DNA from: Priapulus caudatus
Taxonomy: Eukaryota
Direction of reading: 5' to 3'
DNA length: 64,000 nt
NCBI RefSeq assembly: GCF_000485595.1
Contig: NW_014577061.1
Coordinates: 1,110,420-1,174,419 of the forward strand
In this document: positions 26,904 to 39,220 of the stretch, in pieces
How the letters are laid out: each line of letters opens with the position of its first letter
How positions within the stretch are numbered: position 1 is the stretch's first letter
Notes under the pieces: model-generated
The model's database searches: none
What the model saw: only the letters and a program-made list of their open reading frames with translations
Told to the model about the DNA's origin: nothing
Position numbers and translations under genes: made by a program

Positions 26904-29589
26904 TCCAGTATCGTCCCATTATGTTATACACGCAGCTAATGGCTAACATGAGCAAGTTGTTATTAAGAAAAGCAGGTTATCAAAAAGTCAATACAGAAAA
27001 AGAGCACAGTTGTGCACGCACAAACAGTCGATTGTGATTGTTAATAAACTCTGAAAATTCAAATATAATTAATATACATTGGCACGCATTGGCTTCTGTT
27101 CCACTCCTGCATTGTACACGTCAATATGAGTGTCCTCTCTCATTCTCTGCCCTCATTCTGCAGTGCTGTGTGAGCTGTGGGGTCATAGGTGAGCCATCAG
27201 TTCCCTCCCGTAGCTCACCTAAACTAATCAAAAAGACATTGTTTTATACCTTTGTGTGCGAGACTTCTTTAGATCATCGTCTTCACCTTACTGACCATAC
27301 AAACAAACATCGCCTCATCTAAATGCTGCCTTTTCATTTTTTCAATTTTTATTAAAATACGAATGCTTTTCCTTAACTCTGAATAGCCGGGTATTATAAC
27401 TAGATGCCAGTTACAACATTACGGTGTTGCCAATTTGGTGCAACAACAATCCAACCAACTGGCGTGCGTCTTCATAAAGCGAAGAAGGACACCGAGAATG
27501 TTTCTTATAGTCAAACGTTAGCAAACCTTGCATGTTTGCTGCAGGTGTAGTACAAACTCGGGAATTGCGACCGGCTAGCACCTTAGGTATAAGGTCGACC
27601 CGGTGTGCAGGGTTAGCTCCCATGCAACTAGACATGACTTGTCTATAGATTGTTGTCATCTCGTGCTATCTGTTATCTGATAGGCGTCATGGCACCACAT
27701 AGCGTTGACAAGAATGATGCCACTCCACCTCTTCCGGGGACGTTTCATTCGCCCTGCTGCTCTTAAGTCCCTCGCTGTACCCCCACACCCGTTTTGTTAC
27801 GCTGTGTACTAAAACACAGGATATGTTTGATCGTTAGCATTTGAGTTACATATGTGGGAGCGTTGATGGCGTCTCGTTCGTGGCTTCCTACGCGACAGCC
27901 GATGCTCGGTGGGTGTACATAAGCATCGTCAGGGGGTCGCCTCGTAACACATTACTGCCTTACTGCCTCTCACAGGGCTGTGACATCTATCCGGCCACTT
28001 TGAAAGAGTGAATCGTATAGACAAGTGGCCACACACGCGTGTACACGGCACATCGCACGCTCGATACACACCTACCATGAACCGTCTTAGCAATGACAAT
28101 GAAAACCAATCGGGTTTTTTTACAAAAGAGTTGCTGGCAACGTTAGAATACCGTGCCGTTACCCGTTAAGTTTCGTGAAAACCCAAAGAACAGATACATG
28201 CAGGGTAACAATTCCAAAAAACGAACTCATGGAAATGCATCTCAGTTTGCCTATAAAAACACGGCTGCGTGAGAATCCCTGAAGATTATAAAAGGGGAAT
28301 AAGTTGAGAAATAAGTCCTATTGAGGCAGGTTTTGTGAATAGTAAAAAGTGTTACAATAAGAAGAGAAAGTAGGTGAATACAACATTAAGAAGTCTAAAT
28401 ACGTAACCGATAACAGTGCTAGGTTATAGTTAGTACGACCCTACAAAGCTTTCCTGCTGGAACCTCAGACAGCATGGAAGCGAGTTTAGGGCAGTGCTTT
28501 TTAAGATAGAGCTACTATCCCGTAGTAGAAAGCACCGCCCTCTCAGGTGCAGAGAATAACTGAAGCTAGTTGCAATTAAAACCTAGAGAGATGAAAGAAT
28601 CGTATATAAATATCGAAACGGAATAAGGACAGGAGCTATAGATGGACGATAAAGTACCTATACGTTGGTGGGGGTAAAAGATTATAGAATAGGGTCTGCA
28701 CCTGAAGAAATAAAAAAAACAATACAGCAGAATGGCGTAATTGAGGTTCTACATGTAAATATCTCTGTTCTGCTCCCAATTCATACTTTATTCTACCAAT
28801 TCATAAAATAAAATCAACGTGTTCAACCTATACATGTGTGACCACAGCACGGTGTTCTACAAGTAGAAAGAAATAACCAAAAACACAGACATCTATTCTA
28901 CCATGTAACACAGGCAGTAAAACTGAAGAAGTAGAAAGCCAAGCAATCGATTTCAAGCGGGTGGTAGATTTCCTCTTGACACAGAAAGTGCGATACGTCA
29001 CCACTTCTGTAACGCGTTTCTGTAAAATATGGCAAACCATTTAATCCTGTTGTATTCAACAACGTCCACTAATGGCCATTTGACCCCATGGCAGAACCGA
29101 ACGATAATATCTAGCGCGAACTAGACTCAGGCTTGTAGGCCTACATTCTCTTTATAGTGGTCATTAGGGGACGACGTCCAACAGAAGAAGGCTACGAATC
29201 AGATTTGGTATGTAGGATACAAATTTTCACCTACGTGTATTACACAACTACCACTTTCGAATTTCGTGTGTCTGGGCGCACCAGCAATTTGTCTGTGCAC
29301 GCGCGCGTTAGCGCCCTGCCGGAGGTGGCAAATCGTGGCTAATTGGATAAGATCACAGTCTAAAGCTGCCCGTAACGATCAGCCTCGTGGGTGTCCGTCT
29401 TCCTAGTCGCCATCTCACAAAGCCCAGCTGTCGGTGCCGACACGACTTCGGTAGCACTCGTCTGTGATCGGCGGTCAGTAGCGATGTCGGCTTGCCTCGT
29501 CGACGAGGCCATCGGTTACCGCTGCGTGGCCCGTCCTCGATCCGTCACCTAGTGCACTCTGGCGGAGGAAACTGCGATGCCGTTGACGA

Positions 29590-29679
29590 TTATTTCGTGA
29601 TCAAATCGAAGAATAGATAGCCTAGGGTGGCGTTGATGCAGAGTATCAGCAGACCCAGTCGTCGATGGTAGACCCAGTT
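29590..29679 (-). CDS. JPH: Junctophilin terminal coding exon (C-terminal ER transmembrane anchor)
   Basis: cttccttcag|NWVYHRRLGLLILCINATLGYLFFDLITK*; phase 0 fits the preceding donor; resembles invertebrate junctophilin tail anchors; absent from the ORF track. Confidence 0.88.
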   Translation of the reverse strand, partial: NWVYHRRLGLLILCINATLGYLFFDLITK

Positions 29680-30843
29680 CTGAAGGAAGAAGGACGAGAG
29701 ACAAATGAGAAATTCAATTATAACGAGAAAATTCTCCTGAGAATGCCATCGCCCACGCCAGCAACCAATGGCGCGCTGCTTGAACTCGCAACGAACGCAA
29801 CTGCATTTTATGAAAGATGGTTTTTAGGTCGCTCTTAAAAACTACGTGTGGATTTTACGAAACCAAAATTCCCAAATTACCGCAACGGCGCTATTCGAAT
29901 GCCTCGTAAAATTGTCTAGAGCGGCAAGCCAGATGCGCTGGTTTAATTCTAAATTTGCTAGTCTGGGTTTTTCGAAGATTAATAATCACGGTAGCAATAA
30001 TAGACGCGGGGTGCACTGTATATCTAAAGCGAATATACGCGTGCAAGTTCGTCGGGGGATGTTGCTGTTGGTATTGTGGTGTTCACTAATAGCATTCCAC
30101 CTCATCTATTTTTGCCCCACGTCCTAGCCAAAGATGCTCGAGGAAAAACTAACGAAATTTGTTCTATACCTGCTCGAAACTGCGAATTCACTTAATCTAA
30201 TCAATCACTGCAACTACTTGCATTCGAAATGGGTCCTTGTCTGTGAATTTTCGCCGAAGAAAGCATTTGGGATTTAGCGCGCGCAGAACGATTCGACAAG
30301 GAATCGTTGGGCCAGTGCTTTTAGAATCTCAATCGAAAGGAGTATAAATATAGTTACTCCTTCCAGATCTCAGTGATACAATTTTTAGAAATCGACTATA
30401 TTGAGCCGCGAAGCACTGGTATTGGATACCCTACTCACGCGTACACACGCTCGGGCACGCATATACATACATACACACACATGCGCGAACACACACACGC
30501 GCGAACACACACACGCGCGAACATGGAATGAGGGGAGTATGGAAGGAATGGGATGGGAAGGGATGGGAGGGGAGGGGAGCGCATGCACGTACACACCACC
30601 GCGTGAATGAAGATCTCAGAATATATGTAAATATATTCGCGTGGTTTCTGAAGAACGCTCTAGTACGGTGGTTCGTGTCTAGGCAAGCCGACAGTGTTAC
30701 TAGAAAAAAACTTTCACGGGTCCTTCGACTTTTGATGTCAATGCTGTTACCTGTAGACTAGAATTCTGGCATATCGGTGTAACGTACGTAATAGAAAAAC
30801 GAAGGTTACGTACTCAAAAACTTCTCAAATATTATATAATATA

Positions 30844-30908
30844 TAATACTAGACTTGATTTTTGGACCCAACATATTATGTCGGGTCCAAAAATGAAGGC
30901 TAGTATTA
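30844..30908. repeat. ~65-bp imperfect palindrome with ACTAG...CTAGT ends
   Basis: taatactagacttgatttttggacccaacata / tatgtcgggtccaaaaatgaaggctagtatta. Confidence 0.75.
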
Positions 30909-31669
30909 GACTACCAGTCTGCTACGCTATTTCAGTCACTGCTAATCGAATCTACGTAATGTTCACTTAAATCATTGAATAAATTGATATCCGAATATTT
31001 GCTACATATCTTAATTATTCGATGAGTGAAATAATCGGGAAATACGAAACGCAGTTGAATACTTGTCATCAGTCATGTACCTAACTATAACTTTCACATT
31101 AATCATTTAAGTGACATAATTTCATAATGATTGTGCGAATTGACATTTTCGGTTTTTCGGTAAAGCAATGTTATAACTATTTTCACCCGCGGGTGGTTAG
31201 TTAGTCAATTAGTCGGATTACGAATACTGTTGCCGCTGGGTTTTACGCGATCCTTAAACCATACTCGTGGATTTTGATTATCAAGGAAAGGGACGTCAGA
31301 GGAGAGGAGCGCGTACATTGTGACGCGAGCCACGGGTAAGCTCCTTAGCCTGGCGACGAAAATGCCAAGACCGACGTCACTCTTGGAATCGCATTGGTGC
31401 GGATATCCCCCCCCCCACCACACACACAATTAGGCCTACACACACGCGCGCGCGCACGCACGCACACACGCACACACACACACATCTTCCTATCTGTCAA
31501 CTCTGACTCGACTGCCGTCGTCAAAACCAACGGGCGGTGCGCGTGAAACAAAATAAGCATGCAGCCACGTGCCAAAAACAACGTTCCAACGCGAACCATG
31601 TAGGCCTACTCGGCAGCGGAGACGTTCGGAGCGAGCTAAGCGACTAGCATCGGTACAGCAGACGACACG

Positions 31670-31766
31670 CGCACGCACACACCAGTACGCACGCACACAC
31701 CAGTACGCACGCACACACCAGTACGCACGCACACACCAGTACGCACGCACACACCAGTACGCACGC
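31670..31766. repeat. 18-bp minisatellite (GCACGCACACACCAGTAC) x~5
   Basis: Directly visible tandem units. Confidence 0.9.
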
Positions 31767-32341
31767 CAGCGTCGCCAGCTCAACCCGGAGGCGGGCCGCC
31801 GTGGGAAATGACAGCTGCCGCCACCTGGCGGACATTCGCTGTAGCGGTTATCGATCAGCACGTTATATGCGGTGTGTGACGACCAAGCGCCGCTCACCGC
31901 TGCCAACGATGCTCTGGAGACTGTTGGCTCCGGCAAAAACGCATTCCAATATCGAAGATGCAGCTCGTTATAACAAATTGAGTGTCGCTGCGCGCGGACG
32001 CAACTGTCTAATCAAGTGGTTGTCGCGGAAACGCTGATGAATGTTCGCGAACGTCTAGTCGATTATGAAGCGACGCTACATTCTATCTAACAGAGGTGCA
32101 TGTTTTTTTTTTATCCTCGACTACAGCTAGCTAGCAAACATGCTTACATAAGTAGCGCCTTGAAATTAATTCAATTCGATGCCTAGGAAGAAGATGGTGT
32201 GGAGGAGAACCGTTAAAGAGAAAATAAATTCGGATATTTGGAGAGGTTCCCACTCTGCACATCGCGAGGTGAGTGGCGAGCTTTAGAGATCAGACGTAAG
32301 TTTGCACACAGCTCGAGGGCCTAGCGCGCATACATACTCAC

Positions 32342-33879
32342 CCTCACACTGGATCTAAACAGGAAGAAAGTTTGCGCGTCTTTCTCCTCAAAGGCCCTCT
32401 CCATCCTGACCTCCTCCCTCCGTAAGGCACTTAAGACGGAAATCTCCTCCCGCGTCAGGGCCGGCTTTCGCGCGACAACAAAGTCGTTCTCGTCGGGAAG
32501 ACTCTTGCGGCGCCGCCTGCTGGTCGTCTGCTGCGGCTCGATGACGATGTGCGTCGGAAGCTTGTCGGCGTCGCTCGGCGTGTGCACGACGGCCTTGATG
32601 CGCTTGCGATGGCCCTCGTCTATCACATACGCCTGCTTGCGCGTCGCCAGCACCGTGTCGTCCGCAGTCCTGCGGAGCCGCGACGACCCACGGTTCGTCT
32701 TCGGCGACGACGACGACGACGCCGCAGCCGCCGTCGTCGGCGTCGCAGTCATCGGCGGACCGATCAGGTCCGGGTTCATGATCGACGGCAGCGTTTTCCT
32801 GCGTTCCTCCTTGACGTCTTTGAGCGGGCGGCTGGAGAAGGCGTCCTCGGAGGCGTCGGAGACGCCCGACACGCCCGAGTCCGGCGTCCAGTCCGACTTG
32901 TTGGGCGTCGCGAAGCGCGGGTCGTGCGCGACGGCGTGGATGTGGTTGGGGCGCATCTGCGGCGCGGTGTCCATGTTGTCACCGTGCGGCACTCTCTGCT
33001 CGCGCCGATCGTCGTTGTAGCGGTCGTACCTGCCGCCGCCGCCGCCTCCGCCGCCGCTCTTCGGGTACGGCTGTTCGGTGCTGTACGCCCGCGCCAGGTA
33101 GGCGCGCTCGGGCTCGCGCTGGCGCTTGTCGGCGTAGTCGATCGTGTGCGCCCTGTTGCTCAGGTAGGGCCTGTCGGGCCGGCCGTAGCCCTCATCGCGT
33201 CGGTCGTCGCGTCGGTCGTCGCGTCTGTCGTCGCGTGGGTACCTCTCGTCCGAGTAGCGTCCGCGTTCGTACGGACGCTCGTAGTCATCGTAGTCGCGAT
33301 CGTAATACTTGTCGTAGCCGCTGCGCTCCTTGTTCTGCGGCTGCCGCTTGAAGGCGTAGCGGTCGCGATCGTAGCTGCCTCTGTCGTCGTACTCTCGTCT
33401 GTCCGAATCGCGCTTGTCTCCGTAGGAGTCTGGCCGCGAGTAATCAATCCTGTTTTGATCGGGCGTTCGTTTGCTGCTGTAAGGGTCAGACGACGTGTAC
33501 TCTATTCTGCTGTGGTCAGGCATTGGTTGGCTAGTGTAAGGTTCGTGAGAGCTGTCGTTTCTCATTCCTATATTGTCCCTGCCTTGCAGCTTTGGCTCAT
33601 CGATGCTGATCTCTACTGATGGCACATGCAGCTGGGACGGTTCGTAGGCATTGCTTATGTGATCACTGGCTACTTCACGATTTGGCACTGACAATGCAAT
33701 GTCTGGTGTGTGGGAGTGCAAGCCCCCCTCCCTGCCCAGCCCTATTGGTGCAGCGATGGAGACGGCCGGCCTAGGCAACGAGGAGTTGTGCGTGAGATCG
33801 TGAGCGGGGGCAAGACCCCTGCCGACACCTGTTGGCTGGTTTCCTAGCGTTGAGCCTGCCTGCCTTCTCATGTCAGGAC
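32342..33879 (-). CDS. JPH: Junctophilin penultimate coding exon (1538 nt, divergent region)
   Basis: Long GC3-rich ORF; the phase-1 acceptor gives ...HQPG|PDMRRQ (cf. vertebrate FYQPGPDY/GPEY); contains RRKTLPSIM and LTREEISVLSALRREEVR like invertebrate junctophilins; GTGAGT donor, phase 0. Confidence 0.88.
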
Positions 33880-34488
33880 CTGAAAAGACGAGAACGGAAC
33901 TGTCGGTGATAATTCACAGATGACGGTACATGTTCCCAGCGGTAGTAGCCGGCAGGTATCCGCAGCAACCATGCATCACAGCATAATATACGCTGTTGCA
34001 GTGGTTGCTACCGATCTCACCACGTACAGTTTGGCGCTTGCTTTTAGGTTTTAGAGGTGCCCTTTCAATGTCTCGCCCAAGCCTGAGCGAGATCACAACA
34101 TCAATTAGCAACTATTTCTGGAAGCGCGCCGGGAGATGCATGAGAGCTGACTGCCGGCATTCTCCCCCACTACTGCCAGAGTTTTACCCTGCGTAACTCG
34201 CGCCTGCTCGTTGGCTGAGGAAAACAGTGCCGACTCACACACGCTCGACAGGGTAGATTCTCCGTTCGCTGGTTTGCCATTTTGCGCCACTTGGGGGAAA
34301 ATAAACATGCAGAAATGTGCTCTCTGTGAAAAAAAATGCTCGCGGCGCTCCAGTTGCGCCGCTTGGTGTCTGAGAGTCGTCTATTTTAAAATATCGGCAG
34401 TCGGGGGCTGAGAGCTCAGTTTCAGAGGCGTGAGAGAAAATTGAGAAAGTGGCGATTAATTGCGCATATATAGTTATTCTAGATTTAT

Positions 34489-34542
<54 letters not shown>

Positions 34543-35097
34543 CCACATCCAATTCATAATCCAGATTTTAAGCACTCACTTCTATCTGTCCATTCATATG
34601 CATTTCAATCTTACCCCCCTGTTTCTCTCTCCACACTCTTTTTCTCTCTCCTCCTCGTCTTTCTCTCCCGCTCTTTCTTTCTCTTGCTCTCCCTCCCCGC
34701 CCCCTCTCTCCATAGGACGTGGTTTCTCTCACCGACTGCTATCTCTCTTTCTCTCAAGTTTAAGAATATCTATGTATCAACAAGCACCGTGAGCACACCG
34801 AAGCTCATCTGACATACGAGGACTAACGTTAGGTAATGAGCCCCAGCGCGAGACATCTGTATTATTTCACCCTTTTACCGATTCACAAAGCGTTGCCTAC
34901 AGTCATTCAAAGCAAATCGTTTTTTCGAGCGAGGAATGACGAGCGTCCTTATACTTTCACCCGTCTGCTTTTCCACGGCTGTCAATAAGTAATTACGATG
35001 TCGTGACTAGCGACCAACACTTGGTTTCTTTGTTCCGGAACAGTAGGCCTACCTGTGTTATGGCATCACTCTCTCATGCCGGCAGCCGCTCCCGTTA

Positions 35098-36548
35098 TAG
35101 TAGTGCATAGTGAATGTGAAGTCACGTGATATTAGCTTATAGTGAATGTGAAGTCACGTGATTAATAGCTAATGGTGGAGGTAAAGTCACGTGATAGTAG
35201 CGCATAGTAGGCGCGTTCACACGGACGTTTTTGGCCCGAGCCTAATTAGGCCCGCCCAGATTTGGCCTCGAGCCGAGCGTTCACACCGAGGTTTTTGCGC
35301 CGCAGCGGCTAATTAGGCCCGTGCCAGATTTGGTCCAGTCGAAAACGTCGGACCAGCCCGAGCCAAAATTTTAGCACCAGCTCTTCGGCGGCGGCTTAGA
35401 GCGGATAGAATCGGTTGCCAGCGGTAGGATGCGCGAGTGTCAACGTGTTTACTTCAACGAGACCATAAAAGTCCAAAACAGTATTAAAATATTTCGAAAA
35501 ACTGTGCATCAGGATGCACGTTTCAAGATTGGATAATTTATAACTCGTCGAAACGTTCAACGGGTAACACACTCTTAGAAATCGTAAACAACGCCCATCT
35601 CGCGACATACTGCAAAGTATCGGTCAGAGACTTTGTTTGCAATAAAATTTAGTTGAATTTTGAATTGTGAATTTGACAGCCAGTCATCACTTGGTATCGT
35701 TCAGGCTGAACGCTCCGCACTCAATACCGGCCCGAGCCAAATTGCGCCGGAGCCAGATCTAGCCCGATTTGGCCTCGATACGCCAACCATGGCCCCCGCT
35801 GTGACGCGACGTAGTGCAATGTGAAGTCACGTGCATAGTCAGCTAACTGGGGTCGGCCGTGAGTCACGTGGATATTAGCTTCAATACCGGTGCAATGCTT
35901 TCGAATCACGGTGATAGGTAGCTAATGGATAAATGTGAACGGCACGTGATAGTAGCCTAGATGGTGAACGGCTAAGTCACCCGTGGATAGCCCTAGCTAA
36001 TGCGATGAAATGTGAAGTCACGGTGATAGGCTAGCTAATAATGAATGTCTGAGAGTCACGTGAACGTCTAGCCGCATGGCTGACAGGTGAACGTCACGTG
36101 ATAGCTAGTCACTGATTGGAGTGTGACCTCAGCGTATGTAGCGCATTATAAGGTGAAGTCCATCGTGCCCATAGACGCGTGAGCCTATCGGTAAATGGAA
36201 ATCACGTGATGCGTAGCGCCATGGTGAAAGGTGCAACGGACAAGCCGTGATAGTAGCGTCAATGGGTGGAGGTGAAGTCACCCCGTGATAGTAGCCTACA
36301 ACAATACTCCACGACAGATGGCGCCCTCGCGCCTCTGGGCTCTTATCCTTGCACGTGTGGGACGAGGGGGGCGCTGCATGCAGTTTGCAGTAGAGGCTAA
36401 TAGTGAAGGTGCTGAAGTCAATCGTTTGATAGGATGCTAATCGGTGGGACTGCCGTGGAACAGTCACGGCTGGATAGTAGCTAATGGTGAAGGTGAAGTC
36501 ACGTGATAGTAGCTAATGGTGAAGGTGAAGTCACGTGATAGTAGCGCA
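35098..36548. repeat. 32-bp minisatellite (CTAATGGTGAAGGTGAAGTCACGTGATAGTAG)n, interrupted by a MITE
   Basis: Clean units at 35098-35207 and 36480-36548; noisy units from ~35810 to 36480. Confidence 0.85.
35209..35812. mobile_element. PIF/Harbinger-like MITE inserted in the 32-bp array
   Basis: Left terminus TA|ggcgcgttcacacgg; degenerate right end gctgtgacgcgacg|tag; internal ggcccgagcc and agatttggcc repeats. Confidence 0.55.
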
Positions 36549-38173
36549 GGATGGAGTATAAAACCGCCTGATATTAGCCCACGGCGTGATGTGACGAGGT
36601 ATGAGGTATGAGAGCCGGCTAAACTGCCTAATAAGTGATGATAAGTTTGGAGGTCTCACCGTCAACTACGTCACTCAGACGTCAGAATACCATTATCGCA
36701 GCTTCCGCGCGTACGGCTATTAGCTGCCCTTTACACTCACAAACGTAATCAGTGCCAAGTCTCGCCGCATCTAACCACTTGGATCGGTTAGATTATTCCC
36801 GCAGAGAAAAATAAAGAGCAGGTGATTGGGTTTTTAGCGAACAGACGGCGCTGCATGAAGCGAACGAGGAGATGCCGAAACTCGGTCGGGGTCGGGTCAT
36901 CTAACGGTCGTGATTGCGCAACCTCGCGGTGGTTCTCTTGCTGGGGGCAACGAACGGGTGCGATTTGTATACTGCGTGTGGAACTAATATGTGGTGCAAA
37001 TATATTACTATTGCAGGAGCCCTTTTTTCTTTTTCCTATTCTGGGAAGGTGAACGCCAGTGACCATGTAATGTATCTACATTTCTCTAGGTGGGGGTGGG
37101 CAACTCTTCTCATCTAGCTACAGCCCTGCTGCATTGCGGTAATTTCCCACAACGACATCGATGCCTGCGCGAATGTATAATTACATCAATAGTATCGGTA
37201 ATTTTTTTTGTATAGGCCTATTAGGTATATGAATTTTATTCCTACATAACCAGATGGTTTTATGACATCCGAAAGCGAAACATGTAAAAAGGAAGTAGAG
37301 GGAAGAGATTTACTTACTTAAATAAGTGCAATTTAGGCACGAGGCAACGATAGTCTTCCTTAATTATAACAGCTATTCATAATTATTTATCGGTTACTAG
37401 ATCCCACTTTTGCCATCCCGGTTTCTTTATTAGCTAGATATAGCCAGCTTTGGATCTCAACGACAGTTATTAACAAATATGTCAATTCGTCACACATGCA
37501 CTTAGGTACATACAGCTGCCGTGCACGGAGCAAATATTTGTACGACAACTACAGCGGGGTGTTAGGATAGAGCGCATTTGCACGCGAAGAAAGAACGGAT
37601 GCCGCGTGAAACGACAAAATAATATGCTGGGGGAATATGCTGCTGCACGCATCTGCTGGATGGATGCATGCGTGGATGCGCTAACGAAACAAGGGTATGC
37701 CCTACCGTCACTCATTCGCCTCGACCATAGGCCAGGTTAGACCACTCGCCGCATGCTCCCACTGAGAGCGAGTCACGTCACGTCTAGATTCGATTGCCAA
37801 GCATTAACCGGGATCGCCATGCTTCCGAGCTTCGGACGTTCGGAACGAGAACGGTTCGTGCTCGGAGCTTCGCGCTCGGACGTTCGGAATAGGAACGGTT
37901 CGTGATCAGAGCTTCGTGCTCGGAGCGGGTGGGATCGCCATGCTTTCGTGTCCGCATCGACATACTTGAGCTGTGCAAGATCCTGACTTGCCACTATAGT
38001 AGAACGTCTTAGCGCTTAGGCTGCTTAGGAGTGCTTTGAGAGGTGTTTAATAAAATAAGAGGTGGACTCTGACGAAATCGGCATTTTAAAAAGAGTGGGA
38101 CAGTTTTTTCAAAATGGCTGCCATACAATTTTGAAACACATTTCTTTGGTAATGTTTCCACCTTTGAGTCTAA

Positions 38174-38623
38174 TGCCCCGTACAGACTGCAAAATTTGAT
38201 CGTACATCAAACTAGTCTGGGCCAAGCTCGCGCCAGGCGCGCTCTAAATCGCAACGTACAGACACAAAATGTTGAACAGTGCTAAATTAGCACGGGTTGA
38301 CTGCACATGCTCGGTTGTTACGACACTCAGCAGACAGCTACTGTACTTTTATGTGACATAAATAAGGCTATGCGCATGCGTATTGTAAAATTTAGCTCGC
38401 ACCTGGCTCCAGATTGCGCACACACACAGTTTAGCGCGTGCTAACTTAGTCAGGGCTAACTTAGTACGCTTCTAAGCGGGCCTGGCCCACCTCCATTTGC
38501 GGGGCTAACTTAGTCCGGAATAGCGCGTATTTAGCGCGGGATAGCGTGTACAAACTGCAATTTAGTGCGCGTCAAGCCCGAACTAGTTTGATGTGGGATC
38601 AAGTTTGTAGTCTGTACGGGGTG
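38174..38623. mobile_element. PIF/Harbinger-type MITE with ~43-bp TIRs; a partial second left end follows at ~38647-38680
   Basis: ccccgtacagactgcaaaatttgatcgtacatcaaactagt / actagtttgatgtgggatcaagtttgtagtctgtacgggg; TAA on both sides. Confidence 0.85.
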
Positions 38624-38791
38624 TAAGTAAAATTTGTGGTGATTTTATACCCCGCACAGACTGCAAATTTGATACCACATTATATACACATCATAAATTT
38701 GATACGATATTATATACCCAACATGGCCGCCGCAAACGTGGGGACCTAGACGAGACAATAACCGGAACCTTCCGAAACCAGTATCGAAACG

Positions 38792-39220
38792 TATAGAGTA
38801 CCGAAGTGTGACGTCACGGTGGCATGAAAACGAACCCACTGGTTCTAAACAACCCACTGGCTCCATAACATTAACTGCGTGAAAATGTTGTGCGTACGTA
38901 AAACACGAGTGTGTGCGCTGCAGACAGCAGTAAAGCATCGGTAGCAAGTCGATCTTACAATATTTAATTAATTAATTATTTTATTTAATTATTATTTTTA
39001 TTTTGTTATTATTATTATAAATTTGTGTGTGTGTTGCTTTTCACTTCCATCCTTTGGAAATCTATAAAAACTGCAATAATGACTCTCAGAATGATGGTTA
39101 AAATCGGGTACAAAACACGACACCATTTTCACGCAGTTAATGTTACCAGAGCATATGATTGTTTAGAACCAGTGGGTTCGTTGTCATGCCACCGTGACGT
39201 CATCACTTCGGAGCTCTATA
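38792..39220. mobile_element. MITE with ~100-bp TIRs (TATAGAG...CTCTATA)
   Basis: 38792-~38890 is the reverse complement of ~39120-39220 (tgacgtcacggtggcatga, aacccactggttctaaac, taacattaactgcgtgaaaatg). Confidence 0.8.

Noticed and set aside
32505..33619. + strand ORFs of 171 and 356 aa
   Set aside because: They are antisense shadows of the GC3-rich junctophilin exon.
35098..36548. CRISPR-like appearance of the 32-bp array (also the 26-bp array at 46468)
   Set aside because: The units are head-to-tail with no unique spacers, there are no cas genes, and the context is eukaryotic.
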